From: Cyanophora paradoxa CCMP329 | Taxonomy: Eukaryota > Plantae > Glaucophyta | Direction: 5' to 3' | DNA: 41,995 nt | Assembly (NCBI GenBank): GCA_004431415.1 | Contig: QPMI01000664.1 | Location: forward strand, 1 to 41,995 | Part shown: in pieces, positions 9,087-18,359 of the stretch | Position numbering within the stretch: the first letter of the stretch is position 1 | Layout of the letters: each line of letters begins with the position of its first letter | Translations under genes and position numbers: made by a program | The notes under the pieces: generated by a model | The model's input: only the letters and a program-made list of their open reading frames with translations | What the model was told of the DNA's origin: nothing | Database searches by the model: none

Positions 9087-10751
9087 TCAGTTCGGCTGCA
9101 GGAATGCCAGAATCATCGAGTTGGGCATTGCCGCCAGCTGGGCGGGCGACCGCTTCAGCAGCATCTCCTTTCGCTTCAGGATTTCGGCCGCCCCGCGCAC
9201 GAGCTCGTCCGTCTGCGACGTGGCGGAGTAGCGCGCCCCGTTGATGCGTATGGCCTCGTTGTAGAGATCGTCAACTCGCATCAGCTGGTCCAGCTGCCGC
9301 TCGCGCGCCCTTTGCGCCAAGGAGTCCGTGATTTCCATGGGCTCGGCCTCGGACGCCGGCGCGGCAAGCGCGGCCGCGACGTCGGGGTCCGTTTCCATGT
9401 CATCACCCAAGGAGGCGGCAGGGGGCAGCTGGGCGGCGTTTCCGGCCTCCTGAATCCGAGCCGCCACCGCGAGCGCCCGCCCGGCGCTCGAAATCGCGCG
9501 GGCCGCCTGGGCCAGGGGCGCAGCTACTCCAGCTGCAGGGGACGATACCTCCATCGCCTGCAGCAGTCCATCTACAGACGGATTCAACAGGACCGGAGGG
9601 TTGGCCAGGGGCGGGGCGAAGGCGAACGGTGCCGGGGCAGGGGGCGGCGGGGCAGGGGGCGCCGCGGCCGCCAGGGCCTCGGGCGTCTCCAGGCGAGGGG
9701 ACGGGGCCGGCGCCGCAGCAACCCCGAACGGCGTATCGACGATCATGGGGGGGCCAGGGGGCATAGGCGGTACGTCGGGTGAGGCGGGAGGCGGGGCCGG
9801 TGCGGGGGCGGGAATCGCGGCGGAGGGGCCCTCCCCGCCGCCCCCGTCCCCGCCGCCAGGTCGCCTGATTGCGGGCCTCTCGACGGGCCGCTTTCCCGGC
9901 AGGGCCGCCTGGATGAGGGCTTCCGCTGAGTTGTTGTTGTTTTCGAGCGAGTCCTTGACGTTGTTAAAAACGTCCTCGTTATCGCGATCCGTGAGGCGCG
10001 CGCGCTGCTCCCTCTCCTCCCGCAGTATTTTCGTGAGGCGCGCCAGGTTCGCCTCCATCCGCCGCAGCGCGGCTCGGTCGTCCTTCTGTCGGCTCTCGTC
10101 GGGACCGGGCCCTTCATCGTTTTCTCCCGGCGGGTCGGCTTGCGCGAACGGCTTCGATGTGTTCTTCTCTGCGTAGTCGACGGGCCCGTCCGGGTCGCGT
10201 GCGTGCACGTAAATGCTCTTCGGCTTGAAGTGCTCACCGTTCACGATGTACTTGTAGTAGTAGTACGCGTCGTCGAGGTTCATGGGGCCGATGGTTTCCA
10301 GCCGCTTCTTGCGCTTCAAAAATTCGGTGACCTGGTCCTCCTTCGAGATGCAGAACTCGCGCACGCCCGGGAGCATGGTGAGATTTTTCCCGTCGACGTC
10401 GCACGCGCCCGCCCCCACGGCCTTGGTCGGTTGACCGAAGGCGGATTGGCCCATGAGCCAGGCGCGGAAGCCCTCCTCGTACTCTTCGTCGATCTCCTGC
10501 TCCATGTCTCTGAACTTGTTGATGTAGTAGGCGTTGGCAATAGCCTGGGCCTCTACCTCTGCGAGCTTATCAACCTTTGCCTTATCCTCGATGCGCCGCA
10601 TCCCATCGGAGCGGTGCAGCGCGGTTTTGGCCATCTGCTGGAAGCGCGCGTACTTGTCGGCTTCGAAGGGAGTGGCGTGCGAATCCCCGCCCCCCGGGAC
10701 TGCGAGAACGTTGCGCGGCGCGAAACGCGAGGCGAGCCCCCTCATTTGCAC
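9087..10751 (-). CDS. Hypothetical structural protein: globular N-terminal domain plus Pro/Ala-rich linker
   Basis: Intact 554-aa ORF upstream of MCP with conserved-looking FRAWLMGQS...LTMLPGVREF...GPMNLDDAYYYYKYIV block. Confidence 0.7.
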   Translation of the reverse strand: MQMRGLASRFAPRNVLAVPGGGDSHATPFEADKYARFQQMAKTALHRSDGMRRIEDKAKVDKLAEVEAQAIANAYYINKFRDMEQEIDEEYEEGFRAWLMGQSAFGQPTKAVGAGACDVDGKNLTMLPGVREFCISKEDQVTEFLKRKKRLETIGPMNLDDAYYYYKYIVNGEHFKPKSIYVHARDPDGPVDYAEKNTSKPFAQADPPGENDEGPGPDESRQKDDRAALRRMEANLARLTKILREEREQRARLTDRDNEDVFNNVKDSLENNNNSAEALIQAALPGKRPVERPAIRRPGGGDGGGGEGPSAAIPAPAPAPPPASPDVPPMPPGPPMIVDTPFGVAAAPAPSPRLETPEALAAAAPPAPPPPAPAPFAFAPPLANPPVLLNPSVDGLLQAMEVSSPAAGVAAPLAQAARAISSAGRALAVAARIQEAGNAAQLPPAASLGDDMETDPDVAAALAAPASEAEPMEITDSLAQRARERQLDQLMRVDDLYNEAIRINGARYSATSQTDELVRGAAEILKRKEMLLKRSPAQLAAMPNSMILAFLQPN

Positions 10752-11020
10752 TTCTTAGGAGCCGGCTTTGAAATTTTATCGGTCTTGGCCTTGTCTTCCT
10801 TCCCGTCCTTCTTGTCGCCGCCCTTCTTCCCCTGCTTTGTCGGGCGCATCGCCACAAATATTTCGCCGGGCGAGACGTCCTCGTACAGCGGCTTCGGCCC
10901 CTTAGGAAATTCGGGCGGGCCCTTCAGCTTCTCCTTCACCTCCTTCACTTCGGCCTTTGAGGGCTTTTCCTGTCCGTTCGTGGGCGCCTTTTTCGCGGGC
11001 TTCTTCTGCGCCTCTGGCAT
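10742..11020 (-). CDS. Small Lys-rich basic protein (possible DNA-condensing protein)
   Basis: 92 aa, very Lys/Pro-rich; ATTTCT upstream. Confidence 0.6.
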   Translation of the reverse strand: MPEAQKKPAKKAPTNGQEKPSKAEVKEVKEKLKGPPEFPKGPKPLYEDVSPGEIFVAMRPTKQGKKGGDKKDGKEDKAKTDKISKPAPKKCK

Positions 11021-11034
11021 TTTTGCACAGCACC

Positions 11035-11298
11035 CTACTGAGAAATTACACTGGGTCGGAAGAGGAGGTACCCCGCCAGGATCCCCGCTATAATCCAGAG
11101 GGGCGACCAGTCGCGCTCCGCCGCCGCGCCCCCGTGGTGCTGCAGCAGCTGGGCGGCCCCCGGCCTGCTCAGCCCGTGCGTGCGGTGGTCCGTGTAGTGA
11201 GGGCGCGGGAACTGCTCCTGCGGCACGCGCGGCGGGTAGATGCCCTCGAAATGGTTGCGCATTTGGTACATATCCCTATCGAACAGCAGGGAGGCCAT
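11035..11298 (-). CDS. Small protein with C-terminal TM helix
   Basis: WSPLWIIAGILAGYLLF hydrophobic segment; ATTTCT upstream. Confidence 0.6.
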   Translation of the reverse strand: MASLLFDRDMYQMRNHFEGIYPPRVPQEQFPRPHYTDHRTHGLSRPGAAQLLQHHGGAAAERDWSPLWIIAGILAGYLLFRPSVISQ

Positions 11299-11520
11299 TT
11301 CTTAATTTGGGGAGGGACTTAGAAATACTGCCCGTGAGCTCCCTGTCGCGGATCCTGCGGAAATCGGCGAAGAGACCGCGCGCGCAGTGCCTGCAGACGA
11401 GGCGGGCCCGCCCGCCCACGCGCGCCACCGTGATCTCGTGGCCGAACTGCAGGTGGCCCGGGAAGCATGTGGGGGGGTAGTTGCAGACGAAGCAGTGAAC
11501 TGGGCAGTTGCGCCGCCGAA
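11276..11520 (-). CDS. Possible small Zn-finger protein (start uncertain)
   Basis: The 3' part of ORF 11276..11890 reads CPVHCFVC...LVCRHC (two CxxC pairs). Confidence 0.35.
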
Positions 11521-11916
11521 TTACATCTGAACTGCAATCGCGGGCTCGCTCGCCGCCTTCTTCGGCGCGCGCTGGCGCTTCGGGACTTGGCTCTCGGCGG
11601 GCGCCGAGTCGTCCGCCGGGGCCGCCGTCTTCTTGACGCGGGGCGCCGCGGGGGGCTTCGGGACCGTAGGGGCTGCCGGTGCCTGGCTCGAGCCGGCGGC
11701 CGGGCCAGTTGCGTGGGCCACCTGCGGGCGCTGCGGCGGGGGGCTGGTCTCCCGGGCCCCCTCCTCGAGGACCCGGCGCATGAAGCGCGAGACCCGGCCG
11801 CTGCATTGCGTGCAGGAGCCGACGGCCACCTGGCGGTTGTTCTTGCTGGTACGCACCTCGACGTTGGCGAGCCTGGTGTTGGAACGGCACTTGAAGCAGT
11901 AGTGGGCGTGCTCCAT
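11521..11916 (-). CDS. DUF5679-like zinc-ribbon protein with basic/Pro-rich tail
   Basis: YCFKCR...TSKNNR...GSCTQCSGRVSRF matches the YCxKC...KNGR...G.C..CG pattern. Confidence 0.7.
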   Translation of the reverse strand: MEHAHYCFKCRSNTRLANVEVRTSKNNRQVAVGSCTQCSGRVSRFMRRVLEEGARETSPPPQRPQVAHATGPAAGSSQAPAAPTVPKPPAAPRVKKTAAPADDSAPAESQVPKRQRAPKKAASEPAIAVQM

Positions 11917-11920
11917 GGAT

Positions 11921-12085
11921 CTAGCTACGGATGTAGCAGCCTTCAGAAAAAAGTGCGTAGTAGCGGACGGCGCACCGGGCGCAGCAGACGTAGACGCCCG
12001 CCTTGAGCACCCAGCCGCGCTTGGTCTGCGGCAGGCGGCAGATTTCGCAGCAGAGGGGCCTGGGCTTGCGGCACGAGGATCCCAT
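11921..12085 (-). CDS. Small Cys-rich protein (54 aa, not in the ORF track)
   Basis: MGSSCRKPRPLCCEICRLPQTKRGWVLKAGVYVCCARCAVRYYALFSEGCYIRS; fills the intergenic gap and has ATTTCT upstream. Confidence 0.5.
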   Translation of the reverse strand: MGSSCRKPRPLCCEICRLPQTKRGWVLKAGVYVCCARCAVRYYALFSEGCYIRS

Positions 12086-12117
12086 CTGGCGGGCGGGGCC
12101 TAGAAATCACAATGGGA

Positions 12118-12594
12118 TCACAACGGGTTGAGCGCGGCGTAGAGCGCGATTAAGTAGGCGTCGCAGAGGTCGTCTAGCTTCCCGTTTCGATCCGCGATGC
12201 CGGCGAGCTCGGCGGGTACAAGGTCACGGCACTTGTCCACGGCGCCGCGCTTGCGCTCCTTGTAGCTCGGGTTCGAGATCTTGAAGAAGTGCTTGATGGC
12301 GCGCGGGCTCACGATGCGCGCACGCCCGTACAGGAGGGCGTGGAGCGTGCACTCGATGCAGCGATTGATTCCCGTCCTCTGGCCCTCGATCGCGATCTGG
12401 TCGGGAAGGCCGAAGGCGCTATGGCCGCGAGTAACCTCAACCAGGCGCGCAACAAGGCGGCCACAGCAGCGCGCAGACGGGAAGAGGGCGATCTTTTGCC
12501 AGTCGAGAATCTGGGATTCCTTTGTCTGCGGATCGAATTCGATGAGGCACCAGGCGAAATTAATGACCCCCACATCCACGCCGAGAATCTTCAT
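12118..12594 (-). CDS. RuvC-like Holliday junction resolvase (poxvirus A22-like)
   Basis: True start at 12594 (MKILGVDVGVINFAWC); IAIEGQ, KERKRGAV and KLDDLCDAYL catalytic motifs. Confidence 0.88.
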   Translation of the reverse strand: MKILGVDVGVINFAWCLIEFDPQTKESQILDWQKIALFPSARCCGRLVARLVEVTRGHSAFGLPDQIAIEGQRTGINRCIECTLHALLYGRARIVSPRAIKHFFKISNPSYKERKRGAVDKCRDLVPAELAGIADRNGKLDDLCDAYLIALYAALNPL

Positions 12595-12631
12595 TCCGAG
12601 GTCACAAGAAAATCTGAATGAAGGGGGTAAA

Positions 12632-13702
12632 ATGGCCAAGGACCCCAAGAAGCCGAAGAAGCCGAAGGCGGCCAAGCCCCAGGCCGCCCAGCCCCAGGGC
12701 ACAGCACCCGCGGCCCCCGCCCCCGCCGGCCAGGCCACCGGCTCGGGCTCGGGCACCGCCCCCGCCGCCGGCGCCAGCTGCGCGATGGGCATGACAGAGG
12801 ACGGCATGCAGCTCACGCCCGAGCAGGTAAACGCCTTCCTCGACAACTCGAAGACGGGCGGCATCGAGCGCATGGCCTGCCTCCCGGAACTTAAGTGGTT
12901 CGACGTGAACACCGTCAAGCCGGACGCCACCGTCGTCTGCGTCGGCAAGCGGCGCACGGGCAAGTCCTTTTTCCTTCGCGATCTCATGTTCAACCTCTCG
13001 GGCACCTTCCCGGGGGGTATCGTGATCAGCCAGACCGATCGCCTGAACGGGTACTGGAAGCAGTACATCCCGCAGCGCTTCATCTGGCCCAAGTACAACC
13101 CGGGGGTGCTCTTCCATTTATTCAGGAGGCAGCAGGCGATCATGCAGCACAATAAGTCGGAAGACGTGCTGGCCGGAAAGGAAGATCCCGTCGACCCGCG
13201 ATTTTTCGTGCTGCTCGACGACGTGATTTCCGACTCGCGGCTGCGGTACGACGAGGCCCTCAACGAGCTGTTCGTGGCGGGGCGCCACTACAAAATCATG
13301 ACCCTTATCACGACGCAGTATGCCAAGGGCATCAATCCCGTCCTGCGCTCCAATACTGATCTGGCTGTCATTTTCAAGTGCTCGCAGGCGATGCAGCGCG
13401 AGGCCCTCGCAAAGGAGTGGGGCGACATCATATCCCAGCGCGCCTTCTACTACCTGCTCGATAAGTACACGCAGGATAACCACTGCCTTATCATCGATTC
13501 TTCCAACAACTCTACGAACCCCCTGGACGTTTTGTACGTCTACAAGGCCGAGGAGCCGCCCCCGTTCCGAATCGGATCCAAGGAGTACTGGGAGGGCGAA
13601 ACCGTCAACGGAGAAAATCTCGTGGGCCCGGACGACGGCACGGTGGACAAGACGCTCCTGGGCATGATAGATAATTTCAGGAAGCACCGCGGCCTCGCCT
13701 GA
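12632..13702 (+). CDS. A32-like (FtsK/HerA family) genome-packaging ATPase
   Basis: Walker A GKRRTGKS, Walker B FVLLDD, and AGRHYKI and TTQY motifs; likely start MAKDPKK at 12632. Confidence 0.92.
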   Translation: MAKDPKKPKKPKAAKPQAAQPQGTAPAAPAPAGQATGSGSGTAPAAGASCAMGMTEDGMQLTPEQVNAFLDNSKTGGIERMACLPELKWFDVNTVKPDATVVCVGKRRTGKSFFLRDLMFNLSGTFPGGIVISQTDRLNGYWKQYIPQRFIWPKYNPGVLFHLFRRQQAIMQHNKSEDVLAGKEDPVDPRFFVLLDDVISDSRLRYDEALNELFVAGRHYKIMTLITTQYAKGINPVLRSNTDLAVIFKCSQAMQREALAKEWGDIISQRAFYYLLDKYTQDNHCLIIDSSNNSTNPLDVLYVYKAEEPPPFRIGSKEYWEGETVNGENLVGPDDGTVDKTLLGMIDNFRKHRGLA

Positions 13703-13728
13703 TTTTTTCTGAGGCCACGTGCATAAGC

Positions 13729-14073
13729 ATGTCGCCCAGCGCCCATATCGCCTCCGTCTTCCGCGTAGAGTCCGTCGTCTACGACTGCCTCCTGGAGGCC
13801 AGCCTCGACCCCTCCTCGCCCTTCAACGACGGCGAGGTCAGCAGCGCCCTGGAGAGGATCTGCGACGCGCTGGGAATTAACTGGGAGCGCCTCACGTCGG
13901 AGGCGGCGGACGAGGCCGCGGCCGAGTCGCTGGGCAGCGAGGACACCAGCTCGGAAGAGATGACAGACGAAGAGGGAGACAGGGTTATTTACGTGCGCGA
14001 CCCGGACGACTTTGCAACCTCGGAATCGAGCTCGGAAGAGGAAGAGACTGAGGACGAGGACTCCGACGCCTAG
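13729..14073 (+). CDS. Hypothetical acidic protein
   Basis: 114-aa ORF with Asp/Glu-rich C-terminus; ATTTTTTCT upstream. Confidence 0.6.
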   Translation: MSPSAHIASVFRVESVVYDCLLEASLDPSSPFNDGEVSSALERICDALGINWERLTSEAADEAAAESLGSEDTSSEEMTDEEGDRVIYVRDPDDFATSESSSEEEETEDEDSDA

Positions 14074-14108
14074 GCGCGCCCCTTAAAAATTTCCGAGGCC
14101 CCAGGAAA

Positions 14109-14452
14109 ATGTCAAAGGTGCTCCTAGGGCTCTCCCAGGCTATCGTGCAGTACGCCCTCGGCCTGGCCTCCGGCTCCCTCATCGACGCCGCCTTCTCCTC
14201 GCACGAAGGCGAAAATAGGGCGGGCCACGCGGCCGAGCTCGCCGCGCAAGTCGCCGTCAACGGCCTCTCCCTCGGCCTGCTCTCGAAATACGTGCTCACC
14301 CTCAAGTTTTTCGACGACGACCCCACGGCGGAATTATGTTCATCCTCGGATTTACACACGGGCAGACGAACATGCTAATCAAGGCTACCAGCGCCAGCTT
14401 CGGAATCAAGCAGGCGCTCGAGCGGAAGGCCGCCGCGATCACTAAAGAGTAG
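14109..14452 (+). CDS. Putative viral membrane/envelope protein (frameshift near 14328)
   Basis: Hydrophobic segments; the shifted frame continues DPT-GGIMFILGFTHGQTNMLIK... to a stop at 14452. Confidence 0.5.
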
Positions 14453-15283
14453 CTAAAGAGTAGGAAAGAAATGCCAGTCGTTGTACTCGCAGATCCTGTT
14501 CCAAATCGAATCTAACTCCGAGAGTTTCTGCCTGCTCTTGAGCAAGGGAAAGTAGGGGAGGTGCTGGGGCAAATCTAGCAGCACGAAAATCTGCCTGAAA
14601 ACGTAGTTGTAGTTGAGCATGTTCTTCCTGCCCTGCGACTTGAACATGCTGAAGGGGACCTCCACCAGGGCGAACATCTCCTGCACCCGGTCCATATCCT
14701 CCGCGCTCATCGGAGGCGGGCGCTCGCCCGTGATGCGCCACTTGATCTGCGCCCAGCGCTCGATGTACTTCTGCTGCTTCAGAGCCCGGAGAACTTGGCG
14801 GATATTGTCTTTGCTCCACTCCTTCCCTGCCATGCGCCTCGCAATAGCTGCCAGCACGTCCTCGGGTACAGGAGAATCCTCCAGGCAGTGCTGCTTAAGT
14901 CGCTCAGATACGTGGTACTTCCGCAGGTAGTTGCTGTGGATTTCGCTGACAGCCAGGGGTTGATGATCCGGATAATAAAAATCCAGGACCAGACCGCAGC
15001 CTTGGCAAACCAGATCCCCATCCAGGTGAACACCAACGAGGGCGGTAGAGCCGCAATTTCCGCAGGGGACAGCGGCTTCGCCTTGGGGGCCTTGGGTGCG
15101 GCGGTTGCGCTTGCGGGGGCGCTCTCCGGCTCCAAGGTAGGAACTGGTGATGGCGGCGGCGGCGGCGGGGTACGGTGCCGGAGTGTCGAAGTCTGGGTCC
15201 CCCTCGTCGTGAAGGATGGCGCCGTAGCGCTGGATCTGCTCGAAGTTTCGGAGCAGGAGATCGATTTCGCCAGAGTCCGCCAT
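14453..15283 (-). CDS. VLTF3: Viral late transcription factor 3 with N-terminal TFIIB-type zinc ribbon
   Basis: RKNMLNYNYVFRQIFVLL...YFPLLKSRQKL...DSIWNRIC...W.F.PT is the VLTF3 signature; CGNCGS...GDLVCQGCGLV ribbon; ATG at 15283. Confidence 0.9.
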   Translation of the reverse strand: MADSGEIDLLLRNFEQIQRYGAILHDEGDPDFDTPAPYPAAAAAITSSYLGAGERPRKRNRRTQGPQGEAAVPCGNCGSTALVGVHLDGDLVCQGCGLVLDFYYPDHQPLAVSEIHSNYLRKYHVSERLKQHCLEDSPVPEDVLAAIARRMAGKEWSKDNIRQVLRALKQQKYIERWAQIKWRITGERPPPMSAEDMDRVQEMFALVEVPFSMFKSQGRKNMLNYNYVFRQIFVLLDLPQHLPYFPLLKSRQKLSELDSIWNRICEYNDWHFFPTL

Positions 15284-15299
15284 TCCTCCGAGTCCTCGT

Positions 15300-15430
15300 A
15301 CTGCAGCTGAGCTATTCCCTTGCAGAAATAGCAAACCGGCTTCACGCAATCGAGTGGGTCCCAGCCGCAGGTGAGCCCGCAGATGTGACAGAAGGCGTTG
15401 CTCAGGTGATTCATGTGAGGCTCAGGTGAG
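15300..15430 (-). promoter_or_regulatory. Candidate early promoter of VLTF3 (TCACCTG x3 on the minus strand)
   Basis: CAGGTGA at 15368, 15403 and 15423. 15400-15413 is the exact reverse complement of TGAATCACCTGAGC at 4243-4256. Confidence 0.55.
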
Positions 15431-15503
15431 GTGTGAACGTACCCCGGGGCCCCACGTGGAAGCTCACCCTAGCCTCGGAAAATTTTCTAGGCCTTGGTCT
15501 GAC

Positions 15504-16345
15504 ATGCTCAACCTCATCGCGAGGGGCGTAGCAGCAAACAGGCAAGCCCGAGCCCCGAACCCGCACCTCCGCATGGACGCCTCCGGCCGCTCCCGGGTAG
15601 AGACTCACATCGTGGTGGGCAACATCAACGACAAGGTGCTGGCGCCCGACAAGACGTGGTTCCAGAAGGTGCTGGACGCGGCGCCCGTGAGGAAACTGAA
15701 CGGAGAGGATCGGCCCCAGCGCGAGTCGAATTTCATGATCACCATCCAGACCAACTACAAGCCGCGGAGCAGGGGAGAAGGCTCCAAGGTGCAGGACGCC
15801 TTTCACAGGGGGCTGGAGGCCCTCTTCTACGACGACAGGCAGCTGGCGCGGTGCATAAAGATGGGGGTGTACCCCGACAAGGCGAACCCCAAGGGCTTCG
15901 ATTTCAAGTCCGACCAGTACGATACGCACGTGGAGAGGGCAACGCGAACATCGGCATCGAGTACGGGCCGCGGTCGGGGCGGCTCCACGCGCACATCCTG
16001 CTCACGCTGGTGCACTACTCGCGCGTGCAATTCGACGGCAAGCGGGCGTCGGATTTCCTCATCGATTTCATGCGGACGGAGGGGCAGGGCGGCCTGCCGA
16101 ATTTTTACAAGGACGACTGGTTCGGAGAGGAGTACCAGAAGACGGCGGTGCGCCCGATACGGAGAAAGGACGCCCTCGGCATGCAGTGGACGGGCAAGGA
16201 GACGGGCTACAGGAAGCGAGAAACCGCCAGGCAGATGCACGTAGATGTAAAATTGCTACCGCAGAGCAACCTCAAGGATCTGCTGCAGCTGTACATTACG
16301 AAGACGGTAGAGGCCCTCGAGACGGGTGCCGTAAAGCTCGTGTAA
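15504..16345 (+). CDS. HUH-superfamily (rolling-circle) endonuclease, short form; frameshift near 15937
   Basis: Motif I-like FMITIQTN (ORF 15426), motif II RLHAHILL and motif III LYITK (ORF 15656); ATTTTCT upstream of ATG 15504. Confidence 0.8.
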
Positions 16346-16368
16346 ATTTTTTCTTGTAGCCAATGAAA

Positions 16369-18337
16369 ATGCCTCCGAAGCGCCGAGGCCGCAAGAAGAA
16401 GCCGGAGAGCGAATCCGAGGGGTCGGCGTACGAGGAAGAAGAGGAGAAGCCAGAGTCGGAATCAGAGGAAGAGGTAGACAAGGAAGAGGCCGAGGATGAG
16501 CCGAAGCCAAAGGGGAAGCGGGGGAAGAAGATGAAGGAAAAGAAATACAACGAGCTCGATATGCCCATAGTCGAAATTCCAAAGCGGGCCGTGCTGGTCG
16601 AGGGCGAAAACGGGCAGATCATCGAAATGCAGAAGGGCATCCCGGATGTAGTTAAAATTCTCGAGGATCCGATCACGCGCGTACAGGTACCGGAAACCAC
16701 TGCGCTCGACGCCTACTACGAAGATGCAACGTTCTGGAGCATCCACAGCAAGCAGTTCTACGACGCGCTGCCCGAGGAGCGCCTGCGGGCCATCCCGCGC
16801 GCCTTCCAGAGCGCCCAAAAATCGCCGCCCGTCTGCTACCGCTGCCTGCGCCTCATGTACGAAATCCCGAGCATACCCCGCAAAAAGGGCACCGCGGAGG
16901 CCGTCGCGGAGGCGACCGCGAAGAAGGAGGCCGCGTACGCCGATTACGCGAAAAAGGTCGACAGGGCCAACGAGTGGGCCAAGGCGCAGAGGCCAAAAAA
17001 CAAGTACCCCCCGATCAAAGACAAGAAGCCCGCGCAGCTGCCCCCGGTGTACCCAAAGAACTCGTGGCTCTGCATGCAGTGCTACCGATTCCTGGACGAT
17101 CGCGGCCTCCTCGCGAATTTGGGCCTGCAGCGGCGCAAGAGGGGCGACACCACGGCCGTGTCGGCACAGGCGCAGAATCAGATGGCGCAGACGGTGCTGG
17201 GCGGCCCGAAGCCGAAGGCCTCGAAATCCGCCAAGGATATGGCCGCCGCCTTCGGCCAGTCGACCATCGCGCCGGGTTCGGGCCAGGAGAAAATTAGGAA
17301 GCAGGATATCGCCGCGCCCGACATGAGCAGGATCGACGAGATCCTAAGGAAATCGACCGAGGTGAGGGAGAACATAGAAAAGACGAAAACGGGGCTGCAG
17401 GCCGCGAGGGCCAACGGGCTGGAGGCGCTCGAAAAGGTCATCACCGAAATCAACGAGACGGGCCGCTCGGTTTTCATCCTCAACAAAAAGAACGCCGACG
17501 GCAGCACGCGCTACGATATTCGTCAGGCGCGCCAGTCGCGGTACTGGGTGCTCTTCAACACGCACAAGAGGCTGGGCGCCGCGAGAGAATTCGAGGTGGA
17601 GGCCTTTCGCGGCAGCCTGGCCCAGGTGCTCTCGGACGCCGAATTCTACAAGTTCATTCGATTTAATTTAAAGGAAGAGGACGGCAAGTACAAAGACGAT
17701 ACCTTTGCAAACGCCATCATCGGAATTCGCGTGCAGGGGGGCGTGGAAGTGGGGCCGACCGACGGCTGCCTGCACGCCCACGTGCTCGTCACGATCGACC
17801 ACATATCGAACCTGCAGGTGCTCTGGGCAAAGTACGATTGGGTCGTGGTACTCAAGGAAAAGGAGCCGGGTACGACAACCGTCTACGAGAGGCTGGGCGA
17901 AATTCTGGCCGGCAAATTCGCGGAGGCCGGAAGGAGGCTGGTGGAGCAGCTGCAGCAAGAGGCGGGGCAGGACGCGGAGAGAATCCTGCAGAACGCGGAG
18001 CTCATCGACGACCTGAACCGGGGAGAATCGGCATGGGAAAAGACCCGCCCACCATCCTCGCCGAGCTGATCCGGAGGAAAATTACGGCGGGCGGCTGCAG
18101 GAGTACCTCACGAAGACGCTGCCCGAGACGCAGCGGCGCGACCTGCTGAAGCAGTGGTCGCACGCGCGCAACCAGAATAACACCGACAACAACACGGACG
18201 GCTACCTCTTCTCCATCTTCCAGACGGAGTCCGCCCCTCGGACGATCCGCGCTTCGCGCCGCAGGCGCCGAGATCGGAGGGCTGGGCCGCGGGCGCGGAA
18301 AGGGCAAGGGGCGCGGAAGGGGCAGGGGCCGCGGTTA
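16369..18337 (+). CDS. HUH-superfamily endonuclease, long form with acidic/basic N-terminus and split CxxC pairs; frameshifts near 18040-18070
   Basis: YWVLFNTH (motif I-like), EVGPTDGCLHAHVLV (motif II), and QEYLTK (motif III, TAC at 18104) in a shifted frame; CYRC...CMQC; GR-repeat tail. Confidence 0.75.
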
Positions 18338-18359
18338 ATTAATCTGACGCGCCCGCAAG

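Noticed and set aside
12281-13263. N-terminal extensions of the ATPase (from 12281) and RuvC (from 13263) ORFs
   Set aside because: Each extension is the antisense of the other gene; motif-supported starts are 12632 and 12594.
14779-15414. Cys-rich ORF MNHLSNAFCHIC... as a separate gene
   Set aside because: It overlaps VLTF3 out of frame, and its 5' part coincides with the TCACCTGA promoter array. A short real peptide cannot be fully excluded.
15930-15945. Programmed ribosomal frameshift in the HUH gene
   Set aside because: There is no clear slippery heptamer, and similar indels are scattered through many unrelated genes.
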